Shown here in pieces: positions 38,453-48,170 of a DNA stretch of 64,000 bases; the first letter of the stretch is position 1; every line of letters starts with the position of its first letter. The stretch covers positions 1 through 64,000 of the IMG/VR virus record IMGVR_UViG_3300046516_001816; one strand, given 5' to 3'. Under the pieces are notes generated by a model that ran no database searches, was not told the origin of the DNA, and was given only the letters and a program-made list of their open reading frames with translations. A program made the translations under genes and the position numbers.

Positions 38453-41086
38453 ATGGCTTACGATTACTTAGTCGACAATGCACTACGCAATGTGTGGTGC
38501 GCGCCGACCTCAGAAAAACAAGACATCTTTCAGCTCGCGCGCATGACTCCCGATGGTGGAGCCTTCAATAGCGTGCAGCTGATGTGGCATAACGTGGGCT
38601 TGCCCACGGCCGCTGAAGGCTACCATGTCTATCAGCTCGGGCAGATCAACCCACGCATGTTGGGTCTGCTGTTGCCGTCGCCGAATGTGTGGACCTCGTT
38701 CACCGCCGCGATGAACGCGAAGAACCTCGTCGCCGATCTGTATACGAATAAAGGCGTGCAGTTCCCGCGCTTTCAATCGTACTATTTGATCACCCCCGAG
38801 AAGCTGGTGGTGGTGGCGGTGAAGGTCAACCCGAAGATCAATGCGAATCTGGATACGGAAGCGGTGTTCCTGCGCTTGTACAGCAACGGCTTCTTTAACA
38901 GTCACCGGGCGCGCGCCGGCAATGCGGTGAACTATATCCAGACCGCGGGGATTGTGCCGTCGAAAAAGAGCGACATCCTCGCGCTACAAGATACGATCAC
39001 CGCGCTTTCGCAGCAACCGGGGTGTGTCTACGCCTTTGTCAATGGCTACAAGGTCGCCGCAGTCAATGTGCTGACAGTCGCCATGGGGGACTCGGTCGAG
39101 TATGTCTACGACAGCTCGATCTACAAGGTGGTGGATTTCCCGTACGAGAACCTGCCCACGTTTAACTCCTCGCTCGATAACAAGTACAAGTTTCTCTTGC
39201 ACTACGCGGGGAGCTCGGACAATGTGATTGACTTCCAGGGCGACGTGGATGTCTGGATCAATTACAACACGGGCAATGGGAACTCGCAGGGCGTGTTCTA
39301 CCACCACAACGCCAAGGACGCGATTCGCAACGTCACGCACCGGGACTATTCGCTGCCCACCGCGTACGTCGCCGGCTTCGTGCAGGATCAAGACGCCTGG
39401 GATGATGCCACCAATGTGACGATTCGGCTGCATGTGCGCCAAGCCGCGTTTGCACGCCCGCTCGTGTTTGAGAACAACCGCATTCTGGATCTCTACACGC
39501 TGCCTGACCAAGCGATTCTCTCGGCAATGGTGGGCGTGAATTCCACGCTGCCCAACTGGCAAGCGGGCACCCTCGAAGCCTCCGAGTACGTGCAGCTGAT
39601 GAATGTGAGCGATACGCGCACGGTCACGCGTCAGATGGTAGAAGACGCGTATGGTTACAACGCAGTAGCCAATCTGGTGGGCGCTTCGCCGCTCGTGCCG
39701 ACGCCCATGTCGGGCAAGCTGATCGTGATGTTGCCGTACAACCTGCAAAGCAATTCGACTGCCTGGGAGTACGACAACGAAGGAACCTTGCTGGGTTTCT
39801 ATGCACACACCAACGGCGGGGCCTACACCTGCACGAATGCTAACTGCGCGCTGGTGGAGATGGTGAGTGGCAATGCGAGCCAGCAGCTCGATGACACGTA
39901 CGGGCAGACCACGCAGCTGATTGACCCGACGCTCGATTACCGGATGTATATCTGCGCGATCGATCAGGGTAACGGCATGCCGACCTACGTGTGGCAAGAC
40001 GTGACGGGCTCGTCGATGTACACGATCCTGAACAACACGCTGTCCTGGTCACTCAATCCGACGCAGTGGTACACCTGTGTGCGCTCCAACAAAACGCATC
40101 TGGCGTATCAGCTCTTTATCCAGCCGAGCGAGGGGATCCTCTCGATTCAGTTGCAGCAGGAAGGCATTCGCAATTATATCTTGCAGATGTTTGCGATGCA
40201 GATTCCGATGGGTCAGTTCGATGTGTTCTTGAATGGTCGCACGATGGTGCCGGACATCGACTACAAGTTCATCTTCCCGAACTTGATGATCAACAACATC
40301 GAAGCACTCGACTATCCGCAAGATCGCCAGCAGGTGATCACGTTGCGCTGGCAAGGGTTCTGTAACACGGACCTGACAATGCCGCTCGCGGATGTGAGTA
40401 CAGGGTTCGTGCAGTACGGGCTCTTGGCCAACACGAACAAGTACACGATCATCGATGACGAGCCGCTGCGCATCTCGGTGGGCGGGGGCGTGTTTCCGCT
40501 GTCGAGTCTGTCGTTCCCGGAAACCAGCGCGGATATTCTCACGCCGGTGCCGGCCAATGGCAAGCCGTACATGCTGCAAAAGACCGTGGTGCCAATGCGG
40601 GGGGTGACCAACCAGGGCACGTATGCGTATCGCGCACAGTCCCAAGTCATTGATGCGGCGCTGACCGACTATATGACCAAGTACTTCCCGCTGCCCAGTG
40701 CGTCGGGCCCGGACACGATCACGGAGCTGTACCCGGTGTTCAGCCCCTTCCTGTGTCGCATCATCTATGACCTGGTCAATGGCACGATCGAGACGTCGCA
40801 GTTCCAGACGTTCTATAACGACAAGTTTGTGAAGCAAGTCTGTGCGCCCTACGAGTATCTGTTGGCGTTTGACCCGACGCAGACCAACAACCAACCGGAT
40901 GCGCGGTTTGTCACGATCCGGCCGCACAACCTGAATGTCACGATCGGTCTGAACCTGTACTGCTACAACTTCCTGCAAAGCGTGGTGCGGATTTATCTGC
41001 GGGGCTTGGTGCAGTTGAATAACTTCGTGTCCATTGCGAACCTCGGCGCGCAACAAGGCACGAATGGTCAGTCGGCCAGCCAGTAA
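38453..41086 (+). CDS. Virion structural/baseplate protein (gp27-like)
   Basis: 877 aa; N-terminal YLVDNALRNVWCAP; synteny with sheath and terminase. Confidence 0.75.
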   Translation: MAYDYLVDNALRNVWCAPTSEKQDIFQLARMTPDGGAFNSVQLMWHNVGLPTAAEGYHVYQLGQINPRMLGLLLPSPNVWTSFTAAMNAKNLVADLYTNKGVQFPRFQSYYLITPEKLVVVAVKVNPKINANLDTEAVFLRLYSNGFFNSHRARAGNAVNYIQTAGIVPSKKSDILALQDTITALSQQPGCVYAFVNGYKVAAVNVLTVAMGDSVEYVYDSSIYKVVDFPYENLPTFNSSLDNKYKFLLHYAGSSDNVIDFQGDVDVWINYNTGNGNSQGVFYHHNAKDAIRNVTHRDYSLPTAYVAGFVQDQDAWDDATNVTIRLHVRQAAFARPLVFENNRILDLYTLPDQAILSAMVGVNSTLPNWQAGTLEASEYVQLMNVSDTRTVTRQMVEDAYGYNAVANLVGASPLVPTPMSGKLIVMLPYNLQSNSTAWEYDNEGTLLGFYAHTNGGAYTCTNANCALVEMVSGNASQQLDDTYGQTTQLIDPTLDYRMYICAIDQGNGMPTYVWQDVTGSSMYTILNNTLSWSLNPTQWYTCVRSNKTHLAYQLFIQPSEGILSIQLQQEGIRNYILQMFAMQIPMGQFDVFLNGRTMVPDIDYKFIFPNLMINNIEALDYPQDRQQVITLRWQGFCNTDLTMPLADVSTGFVQYGLLANTNKYTIIDDEPLRISVGGGVFPLSSLSFPETSADILTPVPANGKPYMLQKTVVPMRGVTNQGTYAYRAQSQVIDAALTDYMTKYFPLPSASGPDTITELYPVFSPFLCRIIYDLVNGTIETSQFQTFYNDKFVKQVCAPYEYLLAFDPTQTNNQPDARFVTIRPHNLNVTIGLNLYCYNFLQSVVRIYLRGLVQLNNFVSIANLGAQQGTNGQSASQ

Positions 41087-41108
41087 CTTATCCTAGCGGA
41101 GTCTTTTA

Positions 41109-42803
41109 ATGTCGACAATCAATCTCCCGACCGGGTCCGACGGCGGGGTGCCGATCTACAATCCGAATGGGTTGTGGCAGATCTGGCCGCTGGCCAATCT
41201 GTTTCGCGGTCAGGCGGGCACCAATATGTACATTGGCAAGGTCAACGACTATGTCTGCGACTATACGACCAATGACTGGTATCGGATTTCCTACGTGGAT
41301 CCGACCACCTACGTGCCGACACTGGTGCCGCTTTCCACCGCGCCCAATGCCGTGCTCACCTCGGGCGATCTGCTTCAGGGCGTGGGTGCGGGCTCAGGTG
41401 CTGATACGTTCCGCGTCTACCTGGACGAGTCGGTGATCCCTTACTCGCTCGCCGTCGATGCGCGCCTGTGGTTCCCGGGCACCGAAGTCGTCGCCGTGAA
41501 GATCTTCACGGGATCGGATTTCTCGAACAACAACAACTGTATCAGCGCGTACTACAGCCAGTCGGGTACGCTGCAAAGCCAGGCGATCCAAACGGTCGAG
41601 TCGCAAGTCACGTTCCCGGACGGCTCGGTCGGTGCAGTGATGACGATTCCGGTGTGCTACACCAACGTCGATCTGCCTGATGGTACGCCGGTCACGGCGG
41701 TGGCCTACTACGCGTCCGGCATGGTGGCCTCCAAGCGTCAGCTGATGATTGAGAAGTCGTCGTTCATTCGTCTGGCGGACTCGGGGGCCAAGTACGTGCA
41801 GAGCATCCAGTTGCTCTCGCCGTATATGTCGCAGACGAACCCGAACCAGATTCAGTTCCCGGTCAACGTGTTGCTCGCGGGCCTGAACATCATGGGTCAG
41901 GTGAACTACAGCGACGGCTCCTCGGTGAAACTGCCGGTGGATGGCACGAAGTTCCAGATCATGGGCTTCGATGGTTTTGTCTCGAGCATCGTCGGCGAAG
42001 AGTTCGACATCGTGCTCAAGTACAACCTCTCGAGCGACGAAGCGGTGTACGGGGCGAATTCGGTGAACAACCAAAAGTTTATCACCGAAACCTACACGGC
42101 TAAGTCGATCAATGCCGATGGTGCTTACACGCTGAAACTGTACGCCTACCCGGTCTGGATCAACGCGGTATCGGGTTACCGCCTGCAATGGTTCCTGTAC
42201 GATCTGGATCGCAGCCAGTGGTGGGACGTGACGAGCCTGGTGACCTTCTCGGCCTCCAGCCCCGCTTTCCAGCCGCTCACCTACGGCACGCTTCAGAACA
42301 TCACCGCCCAGGTGCTGCTCTCGCGGGTTGACGGTAGCTTCACGAACTACAACTTCACCGACTCGGTGGCGATCACCTTGTTGCAACCGGGCACGAATGC
42401 GTCGCCCTGGCAGGTGCAGTTCAGTCCGGGTCAAGTGCCGGCCTACGGTCCGGGCTTGGTGGCGAATGTGCAGGAGCTCGCCGCCAACAGCTACACGATC
42501 GATCTGAGCTCGGGCTTTGCCGATCAAGCCTCGTGGCTGAATGCGCTCTACTACAACAGTGAGCCGCTCACCGATCCGGCGCAAGAAGCAGTGGTCCCGG
42601 CACCGAACTACTTCGCGATCCAGTTGCCTGATGGCACGGAAATCGAAGCACCGATCGCGGCCTGGAACGCTGTGCAGTCCACGACGGTGCCACTGACGAA
42701 CTACGGCACGCTCTTTGTAACGTTCTTCCTGAGGACGTCCACCAACGATCTGCAACTCTCGATCGCGGGTGTACCGATTCAGATCACGAACATGACGAAC
42801 TAA
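41109..42803 (+). CDS. Virion structural/baseplate protein (gp26-like)
   Basis: 564 aa, beta-rich; directly upstream of the terminase. Confidence 0.72.
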   Translation: MSTINLPTGSDGGVPIYNPNGLWQIWPLANLFRGQAGTNMYIGKVNDYVCDYTTNDWYRISYVDPTTYVPTLVPLSTAPNAVLTSGDLLQGVGAGSGADTFRVYLDESVIPYSLAVDARLWFPGTEVVAVKIFTGSDFSNNNNCISAYYSQSGTLQSQAIQTVESQVTFPDGSVGAVMTIPVCYTNVDLPDGTPVTAVAYYASGMVASKRQLMIEKSSFIRLADSGAKYVQSIQLLSPYMSQTNPNQIQFPVNVLLAGLNIMGQVNYSDGSSVKLPVDGTKFQIMGFDGFVSSIVGEEFDIVLKYNLSSDEAVYGANSVNNQKFITETYTAKSINADGAYTLKLYAYPVWINAVSGYRLQWFLYDLDRSQWWDVTSLVTFSASSPAFQPLTYGTLQNITAQVLLSRVDGSFTNYNFTDSVAITLLQPGTNASPWQVQFSPGQVPAYGPGLVANVQELAANSYTIDLSSGFADQASWLNALYYNSEPLTDPAQEAVVPAPNYFAIQLPDGTEIEAPIAAWNAVQSTTVPLTNYGTLFVTFFLRTSTNDLQLSIAGVPIQITNMTN

Positions 42804-42879
42804 TTCGTCAGCCTCCTGCCCCAGCTTCTCACGAGGCTCGGGTGGGAGGCGGATGAATTAAACCAAGCAGGTGAGATAA

Positions 42880-45126
42880 ATGATTCTCTTCGAAGACGAT
42901 TGGAAGAAATACCCCACAGCGATCATCGATACGATGACCAGCAATCAGAGTTATGTGCGCTTAGCCAAGCTCTACCAGAAAATGGGGATTCGCAATAACG
43001 CGTTCTGTCTGGCGCTGATTAACCCACAGTTGCAAGGGCTCAATCCGTTTGATCCGGACTTGACGCTCGAACAGATGGCGATGATTGCCATTGAATGCGC
43101 GACCAACCCCTGGTACTACATGCGTGAAGTCGCGCGGGTGCCGGCCATTGGTGCAGGCGAAGCCACCCCCTTCGAGGGCAACCGCGGCAACGTCGCGTTG
43201 TTCTGGTGTTTCTTTAACCACGTGATGACGTTCCTGATTCAGATCCGTCAGACCGGTAAGTCGCTCTCCACTGACTTGCTGATGACGCTGCTGATGAACT
43301 TCATGTGTCAGAATACGGAAATCAACTTGTTGACCAAGGATGAGATTCTCCGTAAGACCAATATCGACCGGTTGAAGAAATGTATCGATGAATTGCCGCC
43401 GTACCTGATTCAACGGAACGCCAAACTCGATACGAATAACACCGAAGCGATTACCATCAAGGCGCTTCAGAACATCTACAAAACGCACGTGCCGCAAGCA
43501 TCGGAAAAAGGCGCGTATAAGCTTGGCCGTGGTTTGACCTCCCCGATTATGCATATCGACGAGGCCCCCTTCCAGCCGAACGTGAAGATCGCGGTGGGCT
43601 CGGCGCTGGCGGCCACGGGTGCGGCAGTCGATAAGGTGAAGGCCAAGGGCGGGATGTACGGCACCATCTTCACGACGACGGCGGGCAAGATCGATGACAA
43701 GGATGGCGCGTTTGTCTACGGGCTGCTCCAAGAAGCGGCGGTGTGGACCGAGAAGTTCTACGACGCGAAGAATGCGCAAGAGCTCGAGAAGATGATCCGC
43801 GGGGCCAGTCGGGGCGGCGGTGGTGGGGTGTTCCGGGTGAACATTACGCTGAACCACCGGCAGTTGGGCAAGACCGATGCGTGGTTGCGTGAAAAGCTCG
43901 AAGCCTCCACGGCCTCGGGTGATGACGCGAACCGCGATTACTTTAACATGTGGACAGCCGGCTCGCTCACCAATCCGCTGCCGATCAGTGTGCTGAAGGC
44001 GATTAGCCAAAGCGTGAAAGAAGTCAAGCACACCGAGATCAGTCCGGAAGGCTATATCACCCGCTGGTATATCGAAGAGCACGAGATCGAGGAACGCATG
44101 CGCACCTCGCGCTTTGTGGTCGGTATGGATACGTCCGAAGCCTCGGGGGGCGATGATATCTCGCTGGTGATGATGGACGTCGAGACGCTGGAAGTGATTG
44201 CTGCGGGCACGTTCAACGAAACCAACCTGATTACCTTTGCGTCCTGGGTGTGCTCCTGGTTGACCCGCTGGGAAACGACCACCATGATCATTGAGCGGCG
44301 CAGCACGGGCGGCATGTTGATGGATTACCTGTTGCTGATGCTGCCGTCGATGGGCGTGGATCCGTTTAAACGCGTCTACAACCGTGTGGTGCAAGAGTAC
44401 GACGAAATGCCCGATCGTTGGAAAGAGATTCAAGTGCCGATGGGGCGGCGGCCGCAAGAGATCTATGTGCGGCAAAAGAAGGCCTTTGGCTTCTCGACCT
44501 CCGGGGGCCTGGGTCAAACGTCACGCTCGGAGCTCTACTCCACCACGCTGCAACTGGGGGCCAAGCGCGCCTGTCACATGGTGCATGACAAGTCGCTGAT
44601 TGATCAGATCACCTCCTTGATTTCCAAGAACGGTCGCATCGATCACCCGACGGGCGGGCATGATGACATGGTGATTGGCTGGTTGCTCTGTCACTGGTTG
44701 CTCACCAAAGGCAAGCAGCTTTCCTACTACGGCATTGATCAGCGTCGGATTGGGACGGCTTTGGGCGGCGAGCAAACCGAAGAGACCAAGCGCGACCATG
44801 CCTTCCGTCAGGAGCAGGAGCTGTTGCGTGAGCGCATGGAAAAGCTCGGCGACGAGCTGGGTCGGGAGTCAGATGAGTGGATCATCAAACGACTGGAGCA
44901 TCAGCTGCGCATTCTCAACAGCCAAGTGGTCCGGGAAGAAGGCGAAGTGTTCTCGCTTGATACCTTGATCAACAAGGCCAAGGAACAGCGCCGCGAACGC
45001 GTGCGCTCCAAGTCAGGTATGCAGAAGTCGGGCTATGCGTCGTCGCAGTATGGTAACGCGCATCTCACGGTGACCGACAAACCGCCCACGATGGGCAGTT
45101 ATTACAACCGTTTTATGATGCGCTAA
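42880..45126 (+). CDS. terL: Terminase large subunit
   Basis: Walker A RQTGKS, Walker B MHIDE, coupling motif TTTAG, nuclease motifs GMDTSEA and HDD. Confidence 0.92.
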   Translation: MILFEDDWKKYPTAIIDTMTSNQSYVRLAKLYQKMGIRNNAFCLALINPQLQGLNPFDPDLTLEQMAMIAIECATNPWYYMREVARVPAIGAGEATPFEGNRGNVALFWCFFNHVMTFLIQIRQTGKSLSTDLLMTLLMNFMCQNTEINLLTKDEILRKTNIDRLKKCIDELPPYLIQRNAKLDTNNTEAITIKALQNIYKTHVPQASEKGAYKLGRGLTSPIMHIDEAPFQPNVKIAVGSALAATGAAVDKVKAKGGMYGTIFTTTAGKIDDKDGAFVYGLLQEAAVWTEKFYDAKNAQELEKMIRGASRGGGGGVFRVNITLNHRQLGKTDAWLREKLEASTASGDDANRDYFNMWTAGSLTNPLPISVLKAISQSVKEVKHTEISPEGYITRWYIEEHEIEERMRTSRFVVGMDTSEASGGDDISLVMMDVETLEVIAAGTFNETNLITFASWVCSWLTRWETTTMIIERRSTGGMLMDYLLLMLPSMGVDPFKRVYNRVVQEYDEMPDRWKEIQVPMGRRPQEIYVRQKKAFGFSTSGGLGQTSRSELYSTTLQLGAKRACHMVHDKSLIDQITSLISKNGRIDHPTGGHDDMVIGWLLCHWLLTKGKQLSYYGIDQRRIGTALGGEQTEETKRDHAFRQEQELLRERMEKLGDELGRESDEWIIKRLEHQLRILNSQVVREEGEVFSLDTLINKAKEQRRERVRSKSGMQKSGYASSQYGNAHLTVTDKPPTMGSYYNRFMMR

Positions 45127-45131
45127 CTTGA

Positions 45132-45169
45132 CGGCATAAGGGGAGGGCGCACGCCCTCCCTCTATGACG
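45132..45169. terminator. Bidirectional hairpin with CGGCATAA / CTATGACG flanks
   Basis: Stem GGGAGGGCG/CGCCCTCCC between convergent genes. Confidence 0.8.
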
Positions 45170-45589
45170 TTAGAATAACCGAGCGTCTTGACGACGTTCT
45201 AGCTTGGCGACGAGCAAGTCCAAGTATGCCTCGATTGCCCGCTGTTTCTGGTACTGCTCTCCCAACCAGTGGCACTCACGGGGAAAGGTCGCCGCAAACT
45301 CACCGGCAACATCCCGGAGCAGTTGGGGTGCGTCCGCCGTTACGATAGCCGAAATCCGGTACACTGCCATGCGCCGCGTCGGTACCCACAAGCGTTGAAA
45401 GATCCGCTTGTAATACGTAGCTTGGCAATTCAGTGTCACCTGACAGCCGTGCACACTGTGCACCGTCAGACTCGCGACGTGATTGACCACATCCTGATCG
45501 AACATGACGCGGGAGGGGCCTGTCGCCCGCTTACATGTTTGAACAAGTGCATTGAAGAGAGAACCCCCGAAACCACCGAAAAAAGCCAT
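45170..45589 (-). CDS. Hypothetical protein
   Basis: 139-aa ORF ending at the hairpin. Confidence 0.65.
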   Translation of the reverse strand: MAFFGGFGGSLFNALVQTCKRATGPSRVMFDQDVVNHVASLTVHSVHGCQVTLNCQATYYKRIFQRLWVPTRRMAVYRISAIVTADAPQLLRDVAGEFAATFPRECHWLGEQYQKQRAIEAYLDLLVAKLERRQDARLF

Positions 45590-45630
45590 GATGGGAGTGC
45601 CTTAAAAAGGAAATGAATCGACGCATGTTC

Positions 45631-46857
45631 TTACTTCGTGTAATACGTCATGGTCATTGTCCGGGCAACCAAATACAACAGTACCGCAGTGCGCACCGAC
45701 GCAACGACGCTTTCGTTTTTATTTCCCGTAGCCTGCTTGACACACCATTCGGTCTTCTCGCGCAACGAGAACAACGCGGGATCGATCGAGCGAGAAGACG
45801 TGTACACCCCGCGCAATCGGGCCAGAAGCGTCGGGAGGTCGACGTGGTTGGCCACCATCATGCGTTCTTCCGCTAGGTAGTCGAAGCTATGGATCAGCAC
45901 TTCATTCAGGAGCTCTTCAATCTTCTTGGCCCCTGAACGACGATAGTTGTCTGAGAGCCACACGAGCGTTTCGCGAAACAGGCGCGGGGGCGTCGTGTAC
46001 ATCAGCTTCTCGATAATGCCGAGGAGCTCCTCTCGGATAAACGACCCGCGGTCCGTCACGATCGCATGCAAGTAGCGCGTGTAGGCAAGCAGGTTCTTGT
46101 TCTTGTCTTTCAGGATGACTTCGCCGTCATAGTCCACCAGGGCCGAGGTCGACTGAATGCGCACGCCCTGGTGGTGAATCGTCAAGAACACGTCATAGAT
46201 GTTCTTCAGCATATCGCGAATACGACCTTGCGTGTCGTTAAGCAGATACACCACGCCGAGATCGTTATCGAACTTGACAATGGTTTCCCAGTGAATGCTC
46301 TCAGGGCTGATCAAGTCTTCGCTGCGCTGATTCAGTACCGCGTTCCAGCTGCCGAGCTGCTTGATCGCATACTTGTTCGAGAGTGACGCATACGTCGCTT
46401 CCGCGGTTTCCCGGTTCGCCGGATAACGGAAGTGACGATACAGTCGCGAGGTGAGGAACTTGTACTGCAACACCAAGGCCACGTCCATCATGCCCTGGTG
46501 CTTTTGCTCGCGCGAGAGCTTGGGCGACGTGTAGATCGCATGCAGCAACCAGGCGCACGAGATATTGATCGTGTCTGAGGACACGTGGTGGTTCGCATTC
46601 ACTGTGGGCAGGGCGAGCAGTTCTTCGGTCAAAGCATGTTGGTCGACGTGTAAGATTTCATCGAACCAGGCACTCTGGTCCGCGTCGGTAAAACGCACGA
46701 CTTGCACGCCCGTCAGATTGCCACCGAAGAAGTTGATATGATCTTCGTTCTTGTGCATCCAGCGGGTGCGATACGTGGAGAGCTTCTTGATGAAAGCCGT
46801 ATCGATGATAAGACCTCGACAGGCCTCGTTAAAGACATCCTGAATATTCTTGGCCAT
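45631..46857 (-). CDS. Conserved phiKZ-like virion protein (gp32-like)
   Basis: GAGGA upstream; motifs KNEDHINFFGGNLTGV, NDTQGRIRD, YTSSRS.D. Confidence 0.75.
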   Translation of the reverse strand: MAKNIQDVFNEACRGLIIDTAFIKKLSTYRTRWMHKNEDHINFFGGNLTGVQVVRFTDADQSAWFDEILHVDQHALTEELLALPTVNANHHVSSDTINISCAWLLHAIYTSPKLSREQKHQGMMDVALVLQYKFLTSRLYRHFRYPANRETAEATYASLSNKYAIKQLGSWNAVLNQRSEDLISPESIHWETIVKFDNDLGVVYLLNDTQGRIRDMLKNIYDVFLTIHHQGVRIQSTSALVDYDGEVILKDKNKNLLAYTRYLHAIVTDRGSFIREELLGIIEKLMYTTPPRLFRETLVWLSDNYRRSGAKKIEELLNEVLIHSFDYLAEERMMVANHVDLPTLLARLRGVYTSSRSIDPALFSLREKTEWCVKQATGNKNESVVASVRTAVLLYLVARTMTMTYYTK

Positions 46858-46938
46858 GCCTAAGTCCTCGTGGGTTCCGGATCACACGATTTGGCGGCAT
46901 AAGTGCCGGACCGAAGCCCGGCACCTTGGCTCATGGAG

Positions 46939-47028
46939 TTACCACAACCACCACGGGGTCATCATCATTTCCAATCCGGCGCGCTGCATCGGAATGCACC
47001 ACAGAGTCCACATCGTCATCCCACACAT
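46939..47028 (-). CDS. Unannotated 29-aa Met/Trp-rich peptide MCGMTMWTLWCIPMQRAGLEMMMTPWWLW
   Basis: AGGAG 6 nt before ATG; lies between the previous stop and a hairpin+TTATGCCG. Confidence 0.55.
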   Translation of the reverse strand: MCGMTMWTLWCIPMQRAGLEMMMTPWWLW

Positions 47029-47065
47029 GTCCTGCTCCTGATAAACGGCTTGGTGACGCGTCTGC

Positions 47066-47500
47066 TCAATCCTTGGCGGCCTTGAGTTTCAGCTTGTACT
47101 CGGGCGCATGCCCCTTGAACTCAGGGTCGATCGACTTGAGATGGATCTCGTAGCCGTTGCCGGACGTGGTGATGTTCGCACGGATGTGCTGATTGGCGAG
47201 CGACTCCAGCTTGGACTTGAGACCCCCGGCTGCGCCCTGCAACTTCTTGAGCACGGCCTGGAAGCGCTTGTCTGTGCCTTCGTCCTTCTTCGCTTCGAGG
47301 GCAATCGTTTCCATTGGTGCGTCGATCTCTTCGGTCGCGATGAACTGAGACTCTACCGGCACCTGTTCCACCAGGCGTTCACCCAGTTGCACGAAGAACT
47401 CGCGCGTTTCGTCTTCGGACAGATGGCCGATCGATTCGAGGGCGAGTTCCACCGGTGTTTTGGACTGAGGTTCTGCCCAGGTAAAGATTCCTTTCTTCAT
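47066..47500 (-). CDS. Putative head protein with A-x-E protease sites
   Basis: AAGGAG upstream; acidic N-terminal half with ALE, ATE, ALE. Confidence 0.7.
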   Translation of the reverse strand: MKKGIFTWAEPQSKTPVELALESIGHLSEDETREFFVQLGERLVEQVPVESQFIATEEIDAPMETIALEAKKDEGTDKRFQAVLKKLQGAAGGLKSKLESLANQHIRANITTSGNGYEIHLKSIDPEFKGHAPEYKLKLKAAKD

Positions 47501-47510
47501 GGACTGCTCC

Positions 47511-48170
47511 TTAACGCTGCACCAGAGTCATCTCAAGCTCCTTTCCATCTGGCAAGAAGACACTCTCGCCAAAGGTCGGGAACTTCGCGCTCTCGTGCAG
47601 TTCAAAGTTCTTCGCATCTCGTACCAAGTACGCGATCACGATCTCGTTGGTGATATGGAACATCCGCGCATGTTCGCGCGCAAAGTCCACACTCACGATG
47701 ATATCGCCAAAGTCTTCGCTGGTGCCGCGATTAAACGTGAACGACAACATGCGCTCAGGCACATACGCTGCTTTCTGACCGACGTCCACCGTAGCGAACG
47801 CGGCCTCCGGTCCTTTGTTGCTCGAAGGAAAGCCCCGGAACAACTTGCCGCGCGACTTTGGCTGCTGAATCTTCTCGAACACCTTCTTCGCTTCGCGCAG
47901 CTTAGGCAGGATCGCATAGTCGGTATGAACAATCCAGCGCTCGACCGCCGCGAGGAGCTCAGCGTGCTTGATCATCTCCCGCACCGCGTGTTCGTCGATG
48001 TCTTCCTTCTGGAAGGTGACTTGCGGGAAGTACCGCGCCCGCCCGGCCAAGAGCATCAGCAATTTGCCAAAGAAACCTTTCGACTGATATTGCTCGTCGT
48101 AGGCTTCTTCTTTCTCCAGGCTGATGCCCAGGCTCTGCCAGTCGTCTTCGGCGCGCTGCTCAGTGGCTAT
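47511..48170 (-). CDS. ORF lacking a good start; probable -1 frameshift (or indel) continuation of the upstream gene
   Basis: The frame stays open 36 codons upstream of the TTG at 48062 (IATEQRAEDDWQSLGISLEKEEAY...) back to the A9 run. Confidence 0.6.
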   Translation of the reverse strand: MATEQRAEDDWQSLGISLEKEEAYDEQYQSKGFFGKLLMLLAGRARYFPQVTFQKEDIDEHAVREMIKHAELLAAVERWIVHTDYAILPKLREAKKVFEKIQQPKSRGKLFRGFPSSNKGPEAAFATVDVGQKAAYVPERMLSFTFNRGTSEDFGDIIVSVDFAREHARMFHITNEIVIAYLVRDAKNFELHESAKFPTFGESVFLPDGKELEMTLVQR

